DNA of 64,000 nucleotides from Octopus vulgaris (GCA_951406725.2 OX597834.1:36394001-36458000), one strand, 5' to 3'. Shown: positions 14,424 to 29,898, counted from the stretch's first letter. A program made the numbers and translations. Notes: generated by a model from the letters alone, not told the origin.

Positions 14424-14650
14424 TAATTTAGGGTATCTAAGAGATACCCCCATGCTTGAAATAGCAGTCAAAACTCTCGACTCTAAAACCACATTAAATG
14501 TTCATATAGCACCGGTAATTTTTGCTAGTTTATTTTGTCTCTTTGTCTTCTCTCCTGGTGCTATATGAACATTTAATGTGGTTTTAGAGTCAAGTTTTTG
14601 TCTGCTATTTCAAGCGTGGTGGTATCTCTTAGATACCCTAAATTATAATT
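14419..14650. mobile_element. Long inverted repeat / MITE-like foldback in the inferred 3'UTR of exon 2a
   Basis: Arms ~14419-14514 and ~14555-14650 are near reverse complements, with a ~40-nt loop, next to (TA)n. Confidence 0.8.
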
Positions 14651-14748
14651 TTAAATAATTATTACCTTTGAAAGGTTTTTCATTCCCATGTTGGCCACCT
14701 GATAAGATCAGTATTTTAAATATCAATCTTATCCTTATTTATATAAAT

Positions 14749-14790
<42 letters not shown>

Positions 14791-15051
14791 CAATTTAAAT
14801 AAACAACCGAAAGAGCTACTATTAGTTTCATGGCGTATTTTATAAATGCACCTGTTCAGGTATGATAAAAGCATGACACTATAAATAACTATTTTGGTTG
14901 TGTATTTAAATTGATGTTTATCTCTCACTGGATGGATTACTATTTTTCTTTTGTTGATTCTATCTCTATTGGATCTTTAAACGATCTATTATCTATCTAT
15001 GTCTGTCTACCTGTCTGCCTGTTTGTCTGTCTATCTATCAATCTATCTACC

Positions 15052-15115
<64 letters not shown>

Positions 15116-15560
15116 TTTATATATATATAGACATATATATGTTATATATAATGATAAAAATAATAAACCAAAGACGGAATTTCATAAATATCATAATGCA
15201 TCACTACGCACATTTCCACAAATCCTATACTGCTTGTGATACTATAATCTGCATCCATAGGAAGGTTACAGTATAATTTGTAATATCCGTGGATATTACA
15301 GTATGTTGTTATTCATGCATTCTTTCATCGGGTGATATAGTGTCATAGCTCGTGAGTCCAAATACACACAGGACTACCCTCATATCTCACTGAACCATTT
15401 GGTCAGTGAAAATTGATAGACATCCTTCAGTTAAATATCTGTTTTTTCCAACTATGATAAGATGGCTGATATGAATCATGACTTACTGTAATATCCATGG
15501 ATATTACGGCTTGTATTGTAATCACACTATGAATGCAAATTATAATCACAAATAACATGC

Positions 15561-15604
<44 letters not shown>

Positions 15605-15697
15605 AAATTTAGAATATAAACAATTTTTAATCTTCGAATTTTCAAAAATATGTTAAGCTACTGGTTTTAATTGATTAATATCAATTGCTACCCTCAT

Positions 15698-15855
<158 letters not shown>

Positions 15856-16309
15856 GTATGTATGTATATATGTATATATATACAAAATTAGTGAATTGTT
15901 TAGCAAAATCTAAGGCCCTCAGGAAGAAGGGTTTTGGTATAGAAAGGTAAAAGTCTATGATGTCAGATGGTGTGAATCTATGTGTTTGTACTTATGGTCA
16001 TTTGTGTAGATATAGATATAAACTTTGTTGAAAAGCTGGATTTTTTTCCTTTTTTGATTCGATACTTTGTTGAACTTTTTGTTGTTTCTGTTTTTTTTTT
16101 CTTTCCTTTTTTTTTTGTTGTATGTGTTTTCCAATTTTCAATGAAAAAAAAATTACAGAAAAATGTCACCGGAAAGTCTTCTTCACTTATCATTTCGGTC
16201 GTTTCTTTGTTTGAGTAATGTCTGCTGAAAGAGAGAGCATTGCATAAGCACCAGTACCAATATCAAACAGCGAATTCTTGTGAGGTACGGATGACAGTCG
16301 AAATGTGTC

Positions 16310-16662
16310 TTAACATTCCTCATAGGCTGGGTTAGGTTTGCAGCAGTAATAGAAGAGATAGAGAAGGCAAAAAAGCAAGATTGCAATTGCAATACCAGCG
16401 GCAATTCCACCACCGAACGAAGCACCGTTGAAGGTGCTCTTTTCAGTTGTAGAAGGTTCTACACTGGTTGAAGGTGTGCTGTGCTGGCCAGGTGTTGTGT
16501 TTGTATGGTTACCAGGTGTGACAGGAGAAACTGTGGATTTCTCTGGACTACCTGTATGATTACCTGTAGTGTCTGTGTGGGGTAGAGACGTGTGAGGAAC
16601 GGCAGTGGAGCTTGGGTGTCCTGTGCTCGAAGTTGCTTCAGTTGTAGCAGGAGTGCTAAGAT
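16310..16662 (-). CDS. CD164: Gene B terminal exon 2a: mucin + TM + tail (CD164/TMEM123 family-like), 145-aa isoform
   Basis: Acceptor gtaatttcag|AT. The C-terminus ...KSTFNGASFGGGIAAGIAIAILLFCLLYLFYYCCKPNPAYEEC* matches the CD164 signature KSTFDAASFIGGI-TM-YKF..NYHTL. Confidence 0.8.
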
Positions 16663-16812
16663 CTGAAATTACACACAAAGCAGAGAAAAAAAAAAGAGAA
16701 GAAAAGGAAAAAGAGCTCATTAATTAGAAAAGAAGACAATCAAAATATTTTTAGAAACATTTAAAAATTCATTATCATCATCATCATCATCATCAAAGGC
16801 ACCCAAACATAT

Positions 16813-16887
<75 letters not shown>

Positions 16888-16890
<3 letters not shown>

Positions 16891-17280
16891 TCTTTTACTT
16901 GTTTTAATCATTTGACTGTGGCCATGCTGGAGCACTGCCTTTAGTCAAGCAGACCGACCCCAGGACTTATTCTTTGTAAGCCTAGTACTTATTCTATCGA
17001 TCCCTTTTGCCGAACCGCTAAGTTACAGTGATTTAACACACAAGCATCGGTTGTCAAGTGATGTTGGGGGGACAAGCATATACACACACACATACATATA
17101 TATATATATACATTATACGATGGGCTTCTTTCAATTTCCGTCAACCAAATCCACTCACAAGGCTTTGGTCGGCCCGAGGCTATAGTAGAAGACACTTGCC
17201 CAAGGTGCCACGCAATGAGACTTAACTCAGAAACCATGTGATTTGTAAACAAGCTACTTACCACACAGCCACTCCTATGC
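16888..17280 (-). mobile_element. SINE family A
   Basis: Full-length reverse-complement match to 3433-3825. Confidence 0.8.
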
Positions 17281-17332
17281 CTAGCAGTTACTGGCGTGTG
17301 TGTAAGTGCGTGTACCTCTCAACTTAGAGGGA

Positions 17333-17383
<51 letters not shown>

Positions 17384-17791
17384 AATATACAGAGAGAGAG
17401 AGAAAAAGACTGAGAGATAAAACATAGTTGGAAATGGATGCGTGGCGTTCGATCATATAATGAAATAAATAATATATATATATATATATATCCAATCGTG
17501 GCCATTTGCCAGCCTCGCCTGGCCTCCGTGCAGGTGGCACGTAAAAAGCACCATCCGACCGTGGCCGTTTGCCAGACTTGTCTGGCACCTGTGCAGGTGG
17601 CACATAAAAAGCACCTACTACACTCATGGAGTGGTTGGCGTTAGGAAGGGCATCCAGCCGTTGAAACATTGCCAGATCAGACTGGGCCTGGTGCAGCCTT
17701 CTGGCTTCCCAGACCCCAGTTGCACCGTCCAACCCATGCCAGCATGGAAAGCGGACGCTAAACGATGATGATGATGATGATGATGATGATG

Positions 17792-17823
<32 letters not shown>

Positions 17824-18115
17824 GTATATACTCACACCCATACACCATAGCTAAATGTGACCTTTGACCTCTCTGCCCGACAAAGCTCAGTTTCACTTTG
17901 TTACTCTTTCTGTCTGGTGCACATTCCCTTGCTACTCATACTCACTCACATACAAGTATCAGCTTTAGAAAAAAGTACATAAATTCAGGGATCAACTTGT
18001 TCCACTAAATCCCCTTCGAGGCCAAGCTCCAGCTTGGCCACTTAAAAGATTGAAACAAGTAAAAGATATACATTATTTACAATTGACTGATATTTGTCCT
18101 CATCTTTTCTGTTGT

Positions 18116-18162
18116 TAACACAACGTTTCAGCTGATATAGCCTCCAGCCTTCATCAGGTGTC
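18116..18162 (-). ncRNA. Minimal type-I hammerhead ribozyme (Penelope-type)
   Basis: GACAC-CUGAUGA-A-GGCUG(GAGGCUAUAU)CAGCU-GAAAC-GUU-GUGUU: intact core, stems I and II, and a palindromic stem III (AACGUU). Confidence 0.72.
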
Positions 18163-18382
18163 TTGGGGAAATTTCGAACCTGGGTTCTCATTCCTAAGGT
18201 ATTTTTCAATGTTATAATTATCATTACTATTCAGGTCACTGCCTGGAATTTAACTCAGAATCTTGGGGTTAGTAGCCCACGCTCTTAACCACTACACCAT
18301 ATGCCCATGGGCAGAGACCTGAATAATAATAATTATAATAACATCAAAATGGAATGAGAACCCAGGTTCAAAATTTCCCCAA

Positions 18383-18428
18383 GACACCTGATGAAGGCTG
18401 GAGGGTATATCAGCCGAAACATTGTGTT
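18383..18428 (+). ncRNA. Minimal hammerhead ribozyme copy (one CpG-type mutation in stem III)
   Basis: GACAC-CUGAUGA-A-GGCUG(GAGGGUAUAU)CAGCC-GAAAC-AUU-GUGUU. Confidence 0.62.
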
Positions 18429-18559
18429 AACAACAAACAAGATGAGGACAAATATCCATCCAATGTAAATAATGTAAATAATGTACATAATTCCTCTTCT
18501 CTTAAATATTGAATTGTATTAAGTAAAAGATATCTATAATAATAAATGTGAAATTCTAT

Positions 18560-19010
18560 CTGTCTGGAACCCCTGTATCTCAGCCTACATTTGATCTACA
18601 TAGACACATTATAGCCTTTTTGGAATGAGGATGATCCCAAGATTCGAAATATACCCTTCATTTGGTTCTTGAACATCCAGCACTGGGATCTGATTTAAAA
18701 ACATTTAGGCTGCTCTTTCTAGCAGGTAAAGCTTGGCTGATTCAAGCCCAACAACAACACTGAACACCTTTTTGATCTCCATGTGTCTAACACACGTGGA
18801 CATGCCTACAAAGTCAGAAAACAACACAGCTCCCATGACTTTCGGAAACATTTTTTCACGCTCAGAGTTGCTGAAGCATGGATGACTGCCATGACACTGC
18901 ATCCTTTAAGGCCCTCATGCTTTTCGAAATCTGCCGAAACTACACCTGATTATATATACACTTTAGATGAGTTGTAGTGCACCTGAGCACTGTACACAAT
19001 TATTATTATT
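18560..19010 (+). mobile_element. CR1-type LINE 3' end fragment
   Basis: TRGHAYKVRKQHSSHDFRKHFFTLRVAEAW, followed by an (ATT)n tail. Confidence 0.75.
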
Positions 19011-19459
19011 ATTATTATTATCTTGCTTGGCTTTTATCAAATGATGTTAGAAATCAAAAGGGGAGATAAATGACATCCACTTTATTTTATGTCGTGATAA
19101 GAACTTAAATACAGTGTGTGTTAAAACTCTGTTTTCATACAGACTCACATACTCTGCAAATGTGATAACACCAGAACTTTCAAGTGTTATGTATGCCTCG
19201 TTTGAAATTAAGACATCTATATACATACATTTGATTAATAAGAACAGCAGTAAATGAGTGAAGAAGAAATATATAGTGAGGGTGTGACCATCCTGAAATA
19301 CTATATCTATATATATATATACACATACATACCATACACACACACATATTGGTAAAAACAGTAAGATAACAAAAGAAAGAGACCTTGGTTATTGAATAAT
19401 TGTCACATATTATTTCACAGATATATATATATACATACATACCATACACACACACACAG

Positions 19460-19499
<40 letters not shown>

Positions 19500-19604
19500 G
19501 TTAGTAAAAACATTAAGAAAACAAAAGAAAGAAAGAGACCTTGGTTATTGAATAATTGTCACATATTATTTGACAGATATATATATATATATACATATAT
19601 ATAT

Positions 19605-20525
<921 letters not shown>

Positions 20526-20607
20526 GTGTGTAATTTACCATTAGGTATATATAATACCACTTGCTAAAATCAAAGTCATTGCTCCAAAAACCACCATAAA
20601 AATTATG

Positions 20608-20716
<109 letters not shown>

Positions 20717-21254
20717 GTTCAAATTTACAGAAAACAAAAGACGAAGACAGGTGAGGAAACAATGAGCAGGTGTATCGGTTTGACACTCAGTAAGAATGGA
20801 AAACATTTGATGTTTAGAACCAAAACTATTTTGTAAAATGGATTGAGAGGTAAAAGAAAAAGGAGGGTGAACAAAAAAGAAACAAAGGGAGAACAAAATG
20901 TGTAGGGATTAACGATTTAATATATATATACATATATTATATGTATGTATATATATATAATATATAATATATATATATAGTTAATCCAAACATGAAAACA
21001 CAAAAAGAAAACACAACAAAGCAAGGACGTGGAACAAGTATAGTGTTAAATATATATATAAACGTATATTATATATATGTATATATATAATATATATATA
21101 TATATATACACACATATAATATATGTATATGTGTATATATATATATATATGTATATGTATATGTATATATATCTATATATAGCTATATCTATCTTTCTAT
21201 ATATATATATATGTATATATATATGTATATATATATATATATATATATACTATA

Positions 21255-21378
<124 letters not shown>

Positions 21379-21604
21379 TATGTATATGTATATATATCTA
21401 TATCTATCTATCTATCTATCTATATATATATATATATATATATATAGCAAATTTTATTTCCCAACAGAATGTGGTGGTCCTATAAAGGACGGATGTTACT
21501 GTTGTTAAGCCCCAGGAAAACGTTCTTTTCCAGCTGGTATGATACATAATAGCTGTTAAACAGTAAATAGAAGCAAAAGAGCAAAATAATATATGAGAAA
21601 TTAT

Positions 21605-21672
<68 letters not shown>

Positions 21673-21704
21673 GAACATGTGTGTGTATGTGAGGTAATAC
21701 TTAC

Positions 21705-21789
21705 TGCCACTATTATTTTTTCCATGGGCCAAGTTGCATACCAAGGCCAAACATACCACTGCTATCACAACTACACCTTTCTCCAACAT
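21705..21789 (-). CDS. CD164: Gene B exon 1: signal peptide of CD164/porimin-like sialomucin
   Basis: MLEKGVVVIAVVCLALVCNLAHGKNNSG+A (85 nt), with a strong phase-1 donor GGCA|GTAAGT compatible with both downstream terminal exons. The symbol is family-level only. Confidence 0.75.
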
Positions 21790-21903
21790 GGTTTCCTTTT
21801 TGATTCTTGCTTTTTCTTCTTCCTTACTTTCCACCTGCCTGTCTTTCACTCTCTCTCTCTCTCTTTCAGCAAGCTAGATTCGGTTCTGTTATTTTATGCT
21901 TCT

Positions 21904-21950
<47 letters not shown>

Positions 21951-22002
21951 TTATCTGTTTATATATTCACTCATGCACAAGGTGACACTAACTACCAGCC
22001 TG

Positions 22003-22039
<37 letters not shown>

Positions 22040-22404
22040 GTATATATGTATATATGTTATGCTTGTGTTGAATGATAGAAAGTTGTTAGCAATAAAACAG
22101 AGCTGTAGTTAAGAAGGCCTTGATAGACAGAGAGATCCTATCTTCCTCTCACACTCTGTATAATACTCTTTGTCAGTAAGTACGTAATATGACTAATAAA
22201 TTATGTGACTGATTAGAATTTTACTCTGTTTAAAATGTTTTACTGATAATGTTTCGAAATGCTTAGCAAGTTCAAAGGTCAAACTTGTGTATTATCTCTG
22301 ATACGAAACTCCTCAAGTTGGGCTTGAGACTCAGGACATACAGGTCAAATAATTTGGACTTTTAACCCTCTTCATGTCGGGTTTTGTGAGTAGCAAATGT
22401 ATGA

Positions 22405-22445
<41 letters not shown>

Positions 22446-22491
22446 CATACATATACATATACATATACATACATACATATATATATATGAT

Positions 22492-22886
22492 TGGCTGTGT
22501 GGTAAGTAGCTTGCTAACCAACCACATGGTTCCGGGTTCAGTCCCACTGCGTGGCATCTTGGGCAAGTGTCTTCTGCTATAGCCCCGGGCCGACCAATGC
22601 CTTGTGAGTGGATTTGGTAGACAGAAACTGAAAGAAGCCTGTCGTATATATGTATGTATATATATATAAGTGTGTGTGTATATGTTTGTGTGTCTGTGTT
22701 TGTCCCGCTAGCATTGCTTGACAACCGATGCTGGTGTGTTTACGTCCCCGTCACTTAGCGGTTCGGCAAAAGAGACCGATAGAATAAGTACTGGGCTTAC
22801 AAAGAATAAGTCCCGGGGTCGATTTGCTCGACTAAAGGCGGTGCTCCAGCATGCCGCAGTCAAATGACTGAAACAAGTAAAAGAGT
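22492..22886 (+). mobile_element. SINE family A
   Basis: Match to 3433-3825. Confidence 0.8.
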
Positions 22887-23175
22887 ATATATAGACACAC
22901 ACACATACACACATGTATATATGTTTCATCATCATCATCATAATGCAACGTCCGTTTTTTGTTTTCCCTGCTGGTATGTGTTGGACGGTTTGACAGGAGC
23001 TGGTTAGGTAGATTACTGTATCAAGCTTCACTTTTTTGGGGGGGCATTTTTTTTACTGCTGGATGCCCTTCCTAACACCACCTACCTTACAGAGTAGAAA
23101 AATATATATATATATATCCATATATATATATATGTATATTTATCTATACATACAAATGGCGGTGCAAAAAAAATA

Positions 23176-23212
<37 letters not shown>

Positions 23213-23215
23213 CAG

Positions 23216-23269
<54 letters not shown>

Positions 23270-23454
23270 ATATCTATTTCTTATTTTTTAAATTTTTATC
23301 TAGTTTTAGCTCACAACCTGTATTTTGATGGTGAAGTTGGAATCCTTGGCACCATGCAGTGGCCCCGTTCTGAGGTTGGGGTAACTTTGAATGGGGCACC
23401 GCCATGCTGGGGCACCGCCATGCTGGGGCACCGCCATTTGGTGTTGCTATATGA

Positions 23455-23730
23455 TTTTACTTCACGAATGCTTTTTAGCAATTGCCATTTGGTGCATGAG
23501 AGAGTTCGATGCAGCTGCCCTCATCTGCACCTCCTGCCATGAAGTTGGTTCATCTGGGACACCTGACAAGAAGAGATCCAGTTTTATTTTAAAGACATCT
23601 GCATCCACCCCATGCAGGTCTCTTAGGTTTTTCGGGAGGATATTGAAGAGCTGTGGGCCTCGGAAGCCCAGGCTATCACAGTATCTTGTCCAACATCTTG
23701 ATGGCAAATTTGGAGTCCTTGGCACTATTT
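23455..23730 (-). mobile_element. CR1/Jockey-group LINE 3' fragment
   Basis: SLGFRGPQLFNILPKNLRD...FKIKLDLFLSGVPDEP. Confidence 0.7.
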
Positions 23731-23745
23731 ATATAGATATATGTA

Positions 23746-25018
23746 TCAGGTCATCCCATAAGTTCTGTCCGAATTTTGAATAAAGAAAATATGTGATCAA
23801 ATGTTACATTTAATTGAAATTTAATCATCAATGTACTTTCCCTGATTATCTATGGCTTCCTCCCATCTATTTACAAGCTTTTTAATCCCATCAATGTAAA
23901 ACTCTTTTGGTTTCAAAGCGAAGAACTCTGAAATGTCAGTTTCAACCTCCTCCTGGCTTGTCGAAAGTTATGTCCCCCAAATGATTCTGTAAACTATGAA
24001 ACAAATGGTAGTCTGAAGGAGCAAGGTCTGAAGAATAAGTTGGATGAGGAATTTTCCCCACCAAGCTCTTCGATCTTCTGTGATGTGATCTTTGCAGTGT
24101 GGGGTCGAGCATCGTCCTGATGAAACATCACTCCTTTTCGATTCACTAAAGCAGGTCTTTTTTCTTCAAAGCTTGGTTCAAACGCTCTAATTGCTGACAG
24201 TAGACTTGAGCATTGATTGTTGCATTAGGTGGTAACAATTCAAAGTGAATTACTCCTTTGCAATCCCACCAGATAGAGAGAACCTTTTTCCCATGAAGAT
24301 CCCTTCTCAGTTGTGGTTGAACTTTTTCCCTTTTACCAAGCCGCTGTTTATGACATTTAACATCTCAATACAAGAACCATTTTTCGCCACCAGTCACAAG
24401 TCTATCCAAAAAGGGTGAAATGAGTTCGTGAGAATGGAGAGAAGGGTAGATGTCAACTCAGAATTGCAGTTGCTTTCGGACAATTCATGAGACACCCATT
24501 TTCCAAGTTTAGGAAACTTTCCAAATTGTTGAAGATGATGATGAACGGTTTGAACTAAGCTTTATTGTCAATTCTTCAACAGGTAATGCAGGTTTTTCTT
24601 CAAGTAATGCTTCCAGGAGATTATCATCAAACTCGACTTGATGTCCTGTTCGATCTTCATCTTCAAGGCTGAAATCTCCACTTCTGAATTTTGCAAACCA
24701 TCTTCTGCAAGTTCTTTCATTCAAGCATTCTTTCCCATAAACTGAGTGTATGTTTCGACTCGCTTTGGTTGCAGAGTTTCTTTTTTTTTTGTACTCCTAA
24801 AACATTATGTACCTCAAATACTCTTTGGATACTTCCATGGTAGAAAGGGTTTTAATCAAAGAAATTCTAACTCTATTATTCTGTAAAATAATATCTAATT
24901 AGTTTAAATGTACACAAATGCATAAAAATAATTTTTAATTCCATTAGACATTCTAAGATACTATTAAATTTCATTTAATTTTAAAAAAGGTAAAATCAGA
25001 CAGAACTTTGTGGATCAC

Positions 25019-25022
<4 letters not shown>
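23746..25022 (-). mobile_element. Mariner DNA transposon, full length but decayed
   Basis: TIRs tcaggtcatcccataagttctgtc / gacagaactttgtggatcacctga are flanked by TA. Transposase remnants include ERTCRRWFAKFRSGDFSLEDEDRTG, HQDDARPH and YSSDLAPSDYHLF. Confidence 0.88.
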
Positions 25023-25073
<51 letters not shown>

Positions 25074-25283
25074 ATATATATATACATTATTAAAAATAGC
25101 AAAAATATCACAAAAACTGTCTGTATGTCTCTCTATAGAGGATCTGTGTTACATGTTCTATGGAATAAATATATATACATGATACATAGATTTATATATT
25201 TACAGAATGCATGCATTATATATGTATGAGTACGTATACATACATGCATACCTACATACATACATACACACAAACATATACAT

Positions 25284-25360
<77 letters not shown>

Positions 25361-26134
25361 TGTATGTATGTATGTATATCCTGTAAGTAATAATGGTATT
25401 TTTATATAAGCTTAAAGGTTATGGCAATCACCGTGCAATGACAAAGGAGTCTAATATAAGCCTTAGACAGAAAAAAGAAAGCTTTCCTATCCGCGTGTGA
25501 TTTGAACCCACATCTCTTTGCTAACGCGACCAAGTGTAAAATTGAATAAGTTGGAATCAACAAGAAGGAGTACAACAGAGAAATATTTTTTTTGTAGTCA
25601 GTACAATTGTTTCCATGTAAAGTAGTTCCCCATCTTGTTGACTCCCACTTAATCAACTATCGATTCACATACTACAAAAAACCCCAACACAAATCTGGCA
25701 GTAGATATAATACTGCTGTTGGATAGCACTGGATGAAATCTGAAGGCAGACAAGCTTTGTACTGTACTGTGGCTCGTAAAAAGCACCATTCGAGCGTGAT
25801 CATTACCAGTATCGTCTTACTGGTACTTGTGCTGGTGGCACGTGAAAAACATTCAAGCGAGGTCGTTGCCAGTGCCGCTGGACTGGCTCCTGTGCAGGTG
25901 GCACGTAAAAAACACCATTTAAGCGTGCCCGTTGCCAGTACCGCCTGACTGGCCCTCGTGCTGGTGGCACGTAAAAAGCACCCACTACACTCTCGGAGTG
26001 GTTGGCATTAGGAAAGGCATCCAGCTGTAGAAACTCTGCCAGATCAAGACTGGAGCCTGGTGCAGCCATCTGGTTGCGAGCCCTCAGTCAAAACCATCCA
26101 ACTCATGCTAGCATGGAAAGCGGACGTTAAACGA

Positions 26135-26204
<70 letters not shown>

Positions 26205-27374
26205 CTATGTATGTATGTATGTACGTATGTATGTACGTATGTATATATGTATGTATGTATGTATGTACGTATGTATGTATGTATGTATGTATGTATGTAT
26301 GTATGTATGTATGTATGTATGTATGTATGTACGTATGTATGTACTTATGTATGTATGTATATATATATGTATGTATGTATGTACGTATGTATGTATGTAT
26401 GTATGTATGTATGTATGTATGTATGTATGTATGTATGTATATGTATATATATATCATGTGGTCAGATGTTGTTAGCACGCATCTTGTCCTGGCACAGGTT
26501 GTTTCTCACTATGAGATCGTCCGCGAAAATATTGTATACAAGATTCCATTCTGGGCCCTTAGATTTATTTCACAGCAGCTGTTATAAAACTAACTCATTC
26601 TTTTTTTATTCAAGATTTTAGTAGTATGGTGGATAACATGAAAGCTCTCTGTGAAGTAGAAGTCACCTGATTTAAATTGGTTCTTAAATCTCTCTATCTT
26701 ATCTAACGCAGTCTTTGTGATGACAGTGGTTGCTTTTCGATCTTTCACTTTTCAAATAGGCTTTGAAAATGTTGTCCTGTCTTCCAAGTGATGACCATAG
26801 AAAGTGATGACGTCAGTACCAATAACACTTGAAGGAATTCCCTCTAAGCCCAGCTCAACTTATTGTTCAAGTGATATCGTCATAGAATTCAATGATACTT
26901 TGCCTTAGTATTTGATCTTCAGAGGGCAAGTTTGGTAATTACGTATTTGAATAATTTTGCATTGTGGTTTATGAGAGAATGAGAAAGATATTTTTGAGCA
27001 GCTTTAGCACACCTTAATGGTGTTTCTATTAAACAACTTGTAAAATTTATGGTTGCCCATGGTATGTTTTTTTTCCCTATTAGGAGATAGACATAATTTA
27101 TAACACTAATATTTATGGCAATGTTGCATGGTCGATTATACGATATAAAATTTAGTTTCTATGTTTTAAGATGGTTACTAACTGGTGTTGATGAACGCTT
27201 TATTAGGTTTTAGTAACCCGTTGAAAGTAGCTTCATTGGTGGATAATGCAATTACCTTCTTGGTCAAGCTTGTTGGAACATGATAAGCATACATTCACGC
27301 AATACATACGCACACTCACATACATGTGTATTAGCGTGCGTGTCTGGTGCAATCACACATATAAACCTACATAC

Positions 27375-27416
<42 letters not shown>

Positions 27417-27682
27417 CTTTCTATTTATAAATTTATGTTTCTGCATGTACATTTATAAATACACAAACACACACACACATACACATATAGGTTTGTATAT
27501 GTATTTACAGAGAACAGTGAATGAGGCGGGAGAGAAAAGGCGTGGGGGAAGTGATACATGAGGGCAGTCATTTATGTAATTTACATAAATTACATGATAA
27601 TGATATCTTAATCTTATCAGACTTGTGACAGCAACAACAAGGGTGTCACATGAGAAGTAAAACAATTTTATGGAAATAGACG

Positions 27683-27735
<53 letters not shown>

Positions 27736-27920
27736 CATACACACACATGTACGTACACACAAGCACACACACGCACGCATGCACACAGACACATCCACGT
27801 GCATACACAATTACATACACGTACACACTCACACACACACACACTTACAAACACAAACAGACGCATGGACATACACATATGCACACACATAAACACCCGT
27901 ATGTAACATACCCGCATATG

Positions 27921-28830
27921 CAGGGTGGGAGGAAAGTAGCTAGGCGTTAGCAATTGCTTATAGAATTTTTACTGTCACTAAAGTCATGACGAAAACATTT
28001 TTTAAACAGCGGTGGTGCCCCAGCATGGCCGCGGCCTTCGGGCTAAAACATTTTAAAGGATTTAAGGATTTAAGACAACACTAATGGGAATTTTGTATTT
28101 TCTTATTGTTTTATTTCTTACTCCTTATTTTCCAGATGGCCAGTCCCTTGATTGCTCGAGAGTGACCTAAGATAGCTGCACGCGATGAAGTGTGAGATTC
28201 CATTGTTTTGGTTCAGAGATGGTGGCATGCATGGAAAGGTAAGCATGCAACACTGCGTCAAGAGACAATGAAACGTTGTCATGCCAAGCTGATGGCCATG
28301 GGCTCTGTGAACGATGCAAGAAAAAGTGGCCGTCCAACCACATCCCGAATGGTCGAGAATGTGGCAACAGTGCAGAAAATGTTTAATTGCAGCCCGCAAA
28401 AATCAACAAGTCAACAGCTCGTGAAAGGGGTCTGAGACGACACACAATACGTCACGGGGTTGAGTAAAGAATTTAATTTTCGTCCATGGAAAACCCATTA
28501 CGTGCAGGAGCTAAAACCCGAAGACTGTGACCGCAGAAGCCCAGAACCCCAAGAAGTCCAGATCTAACTCCATGTCTTATTTACCGGTAGGGTTACACAA
28601 AAGAGGTGTAAAAGACAAAACTTCGCACACTGGTGGACTTGGAGACATGAATTCAGGAGGTTCTCAATGATATCCCAGACGACGTCCTTCAGAAGGCTGT
28701 TCATTCCATCCATGGCCGTTTGAAGAAAATGGTTGACACCACCAGTGCTTACGTTGAAATATGAAGATTTGCTTCAATAAATTTGTAAGACGAATATAGA
28801 TTTTATTACCAATTTTTAACGCCAACTTAC
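27921..28830 (+). mobile_element. Tc1/mariner-superfamily transposon remnant (DUF4817-type N-terminus)
   Basis: GSVNDARKSGRPTT..ENVATV..FNCSPQKST and PRSPDLTP motifs; internally deleted. Confidence 0.65.
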
Positions 28831-28838
28831 TGTGTGTG

Positions 28839-28910
<72 letters not shown>

Positions 28911-29038
28911 CATCTGTCTGTCTGTCTGTCTGTCTGTATATATGTATGTATGTATATATATATATGTATATATATATACATGTATATAAATATATATATA
29001 AATATGTATGTGTAAATATATATGTATGTATGTATGGA

Positions 29039-29073
<35 letters not shown>

Positions 29074-29096
29074 GTGTGTGTGTGTACATATATAAA

Positions 29097-29131
<35 letters not shown>

Positions 29132-29715
29132 CTCTCTCTCTCTCTATATATATATATAGACACGCACGTCCGTGTATATGTATATGGGCATGGGTGCGTT
29201 CACAATCTTAAGAGTGGAAACAAAAAAATGCGAAGCAAAGGACGGAGAGCAAAGGAGTGTTCAGGGTATCTTATCAAAATGACCGGAGTGTGATGTGTTG
29301 GTGATGGTGGTGGTGGTGGTGATGGCGGTGGTGGTGGGTGATCAGTGGGATAAAAGTTCACTTGCTATTCTTGTCAGAAGATAAAAGAAAATCTACCATC
29401 CTCCCTCCCAACCATCCACCGACCCGTAACCTTCGACCTGCACAATTAAAATTTAATTAATAAACAAAATAACTATATTTGTACATTTATGAAAAAAAAA
29501 AAATAATGTAATCGAGGAGTTGGTAGTGTCGGTAGAGCGCCAGGCTGAATGATATGTGTTGTTTAGTGACGCCTCTTTCCGTTCAGAGTTCAAATCCTGA
29601 CTGGTGTCCTTAAAGATAACGAGTATTTCATCTCTTAACCCTTTGCCCTCAAAAATATGAAGCTATCTGTCAATGTCAAAAATCATTACTACTACTACTA
29701 CTGCTGCTACTACTG

Positions 29716-29752
<37 letters not shown>

Positions 29753-29898
29753 AGCTGGAAAAAAATCATTAGCGTATTGGACAAGATGCTTGGTGGCATT
29801 TCTCCCGCCTCCTTATGTTCTGTGTTCAAATTCAGCTGAGGTTTAATTTACCTTTCGTCCTCCTAGAAATATAATTACCGGCAAAGTACTACGTTTAA

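Larger units (their letters stand above)
18065..18520. mobile_element. tRNA-headed, hammerhead-bearing retroelement in inverted arrangement (full copy on minus, tail copy on plus)
   Basis: tRNA-like head at 18306-18233 (-). Tails at ~18065-18215 (-) and ~18315-18490 (+) are reverse complements of each other. Same family as 51089-51630. Confidence 0.75.

Noticed and set aside
25770-25990. Repeat-spacer-like array (gtggcacgtaaaaagcacca...) resembling CRISPR
   Set aside because: These are internal tandem units of an RTE-related 3'UTR repeat also seen at 17500-17620 and 19770-19860. The DNA is eukaryotic and has no cas genes.
26455-27240. Possible degraded reverse-transcriptase element (also 8780-9240 and 6740-7070)
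   Set aside because: Too decayed to assign by eye.
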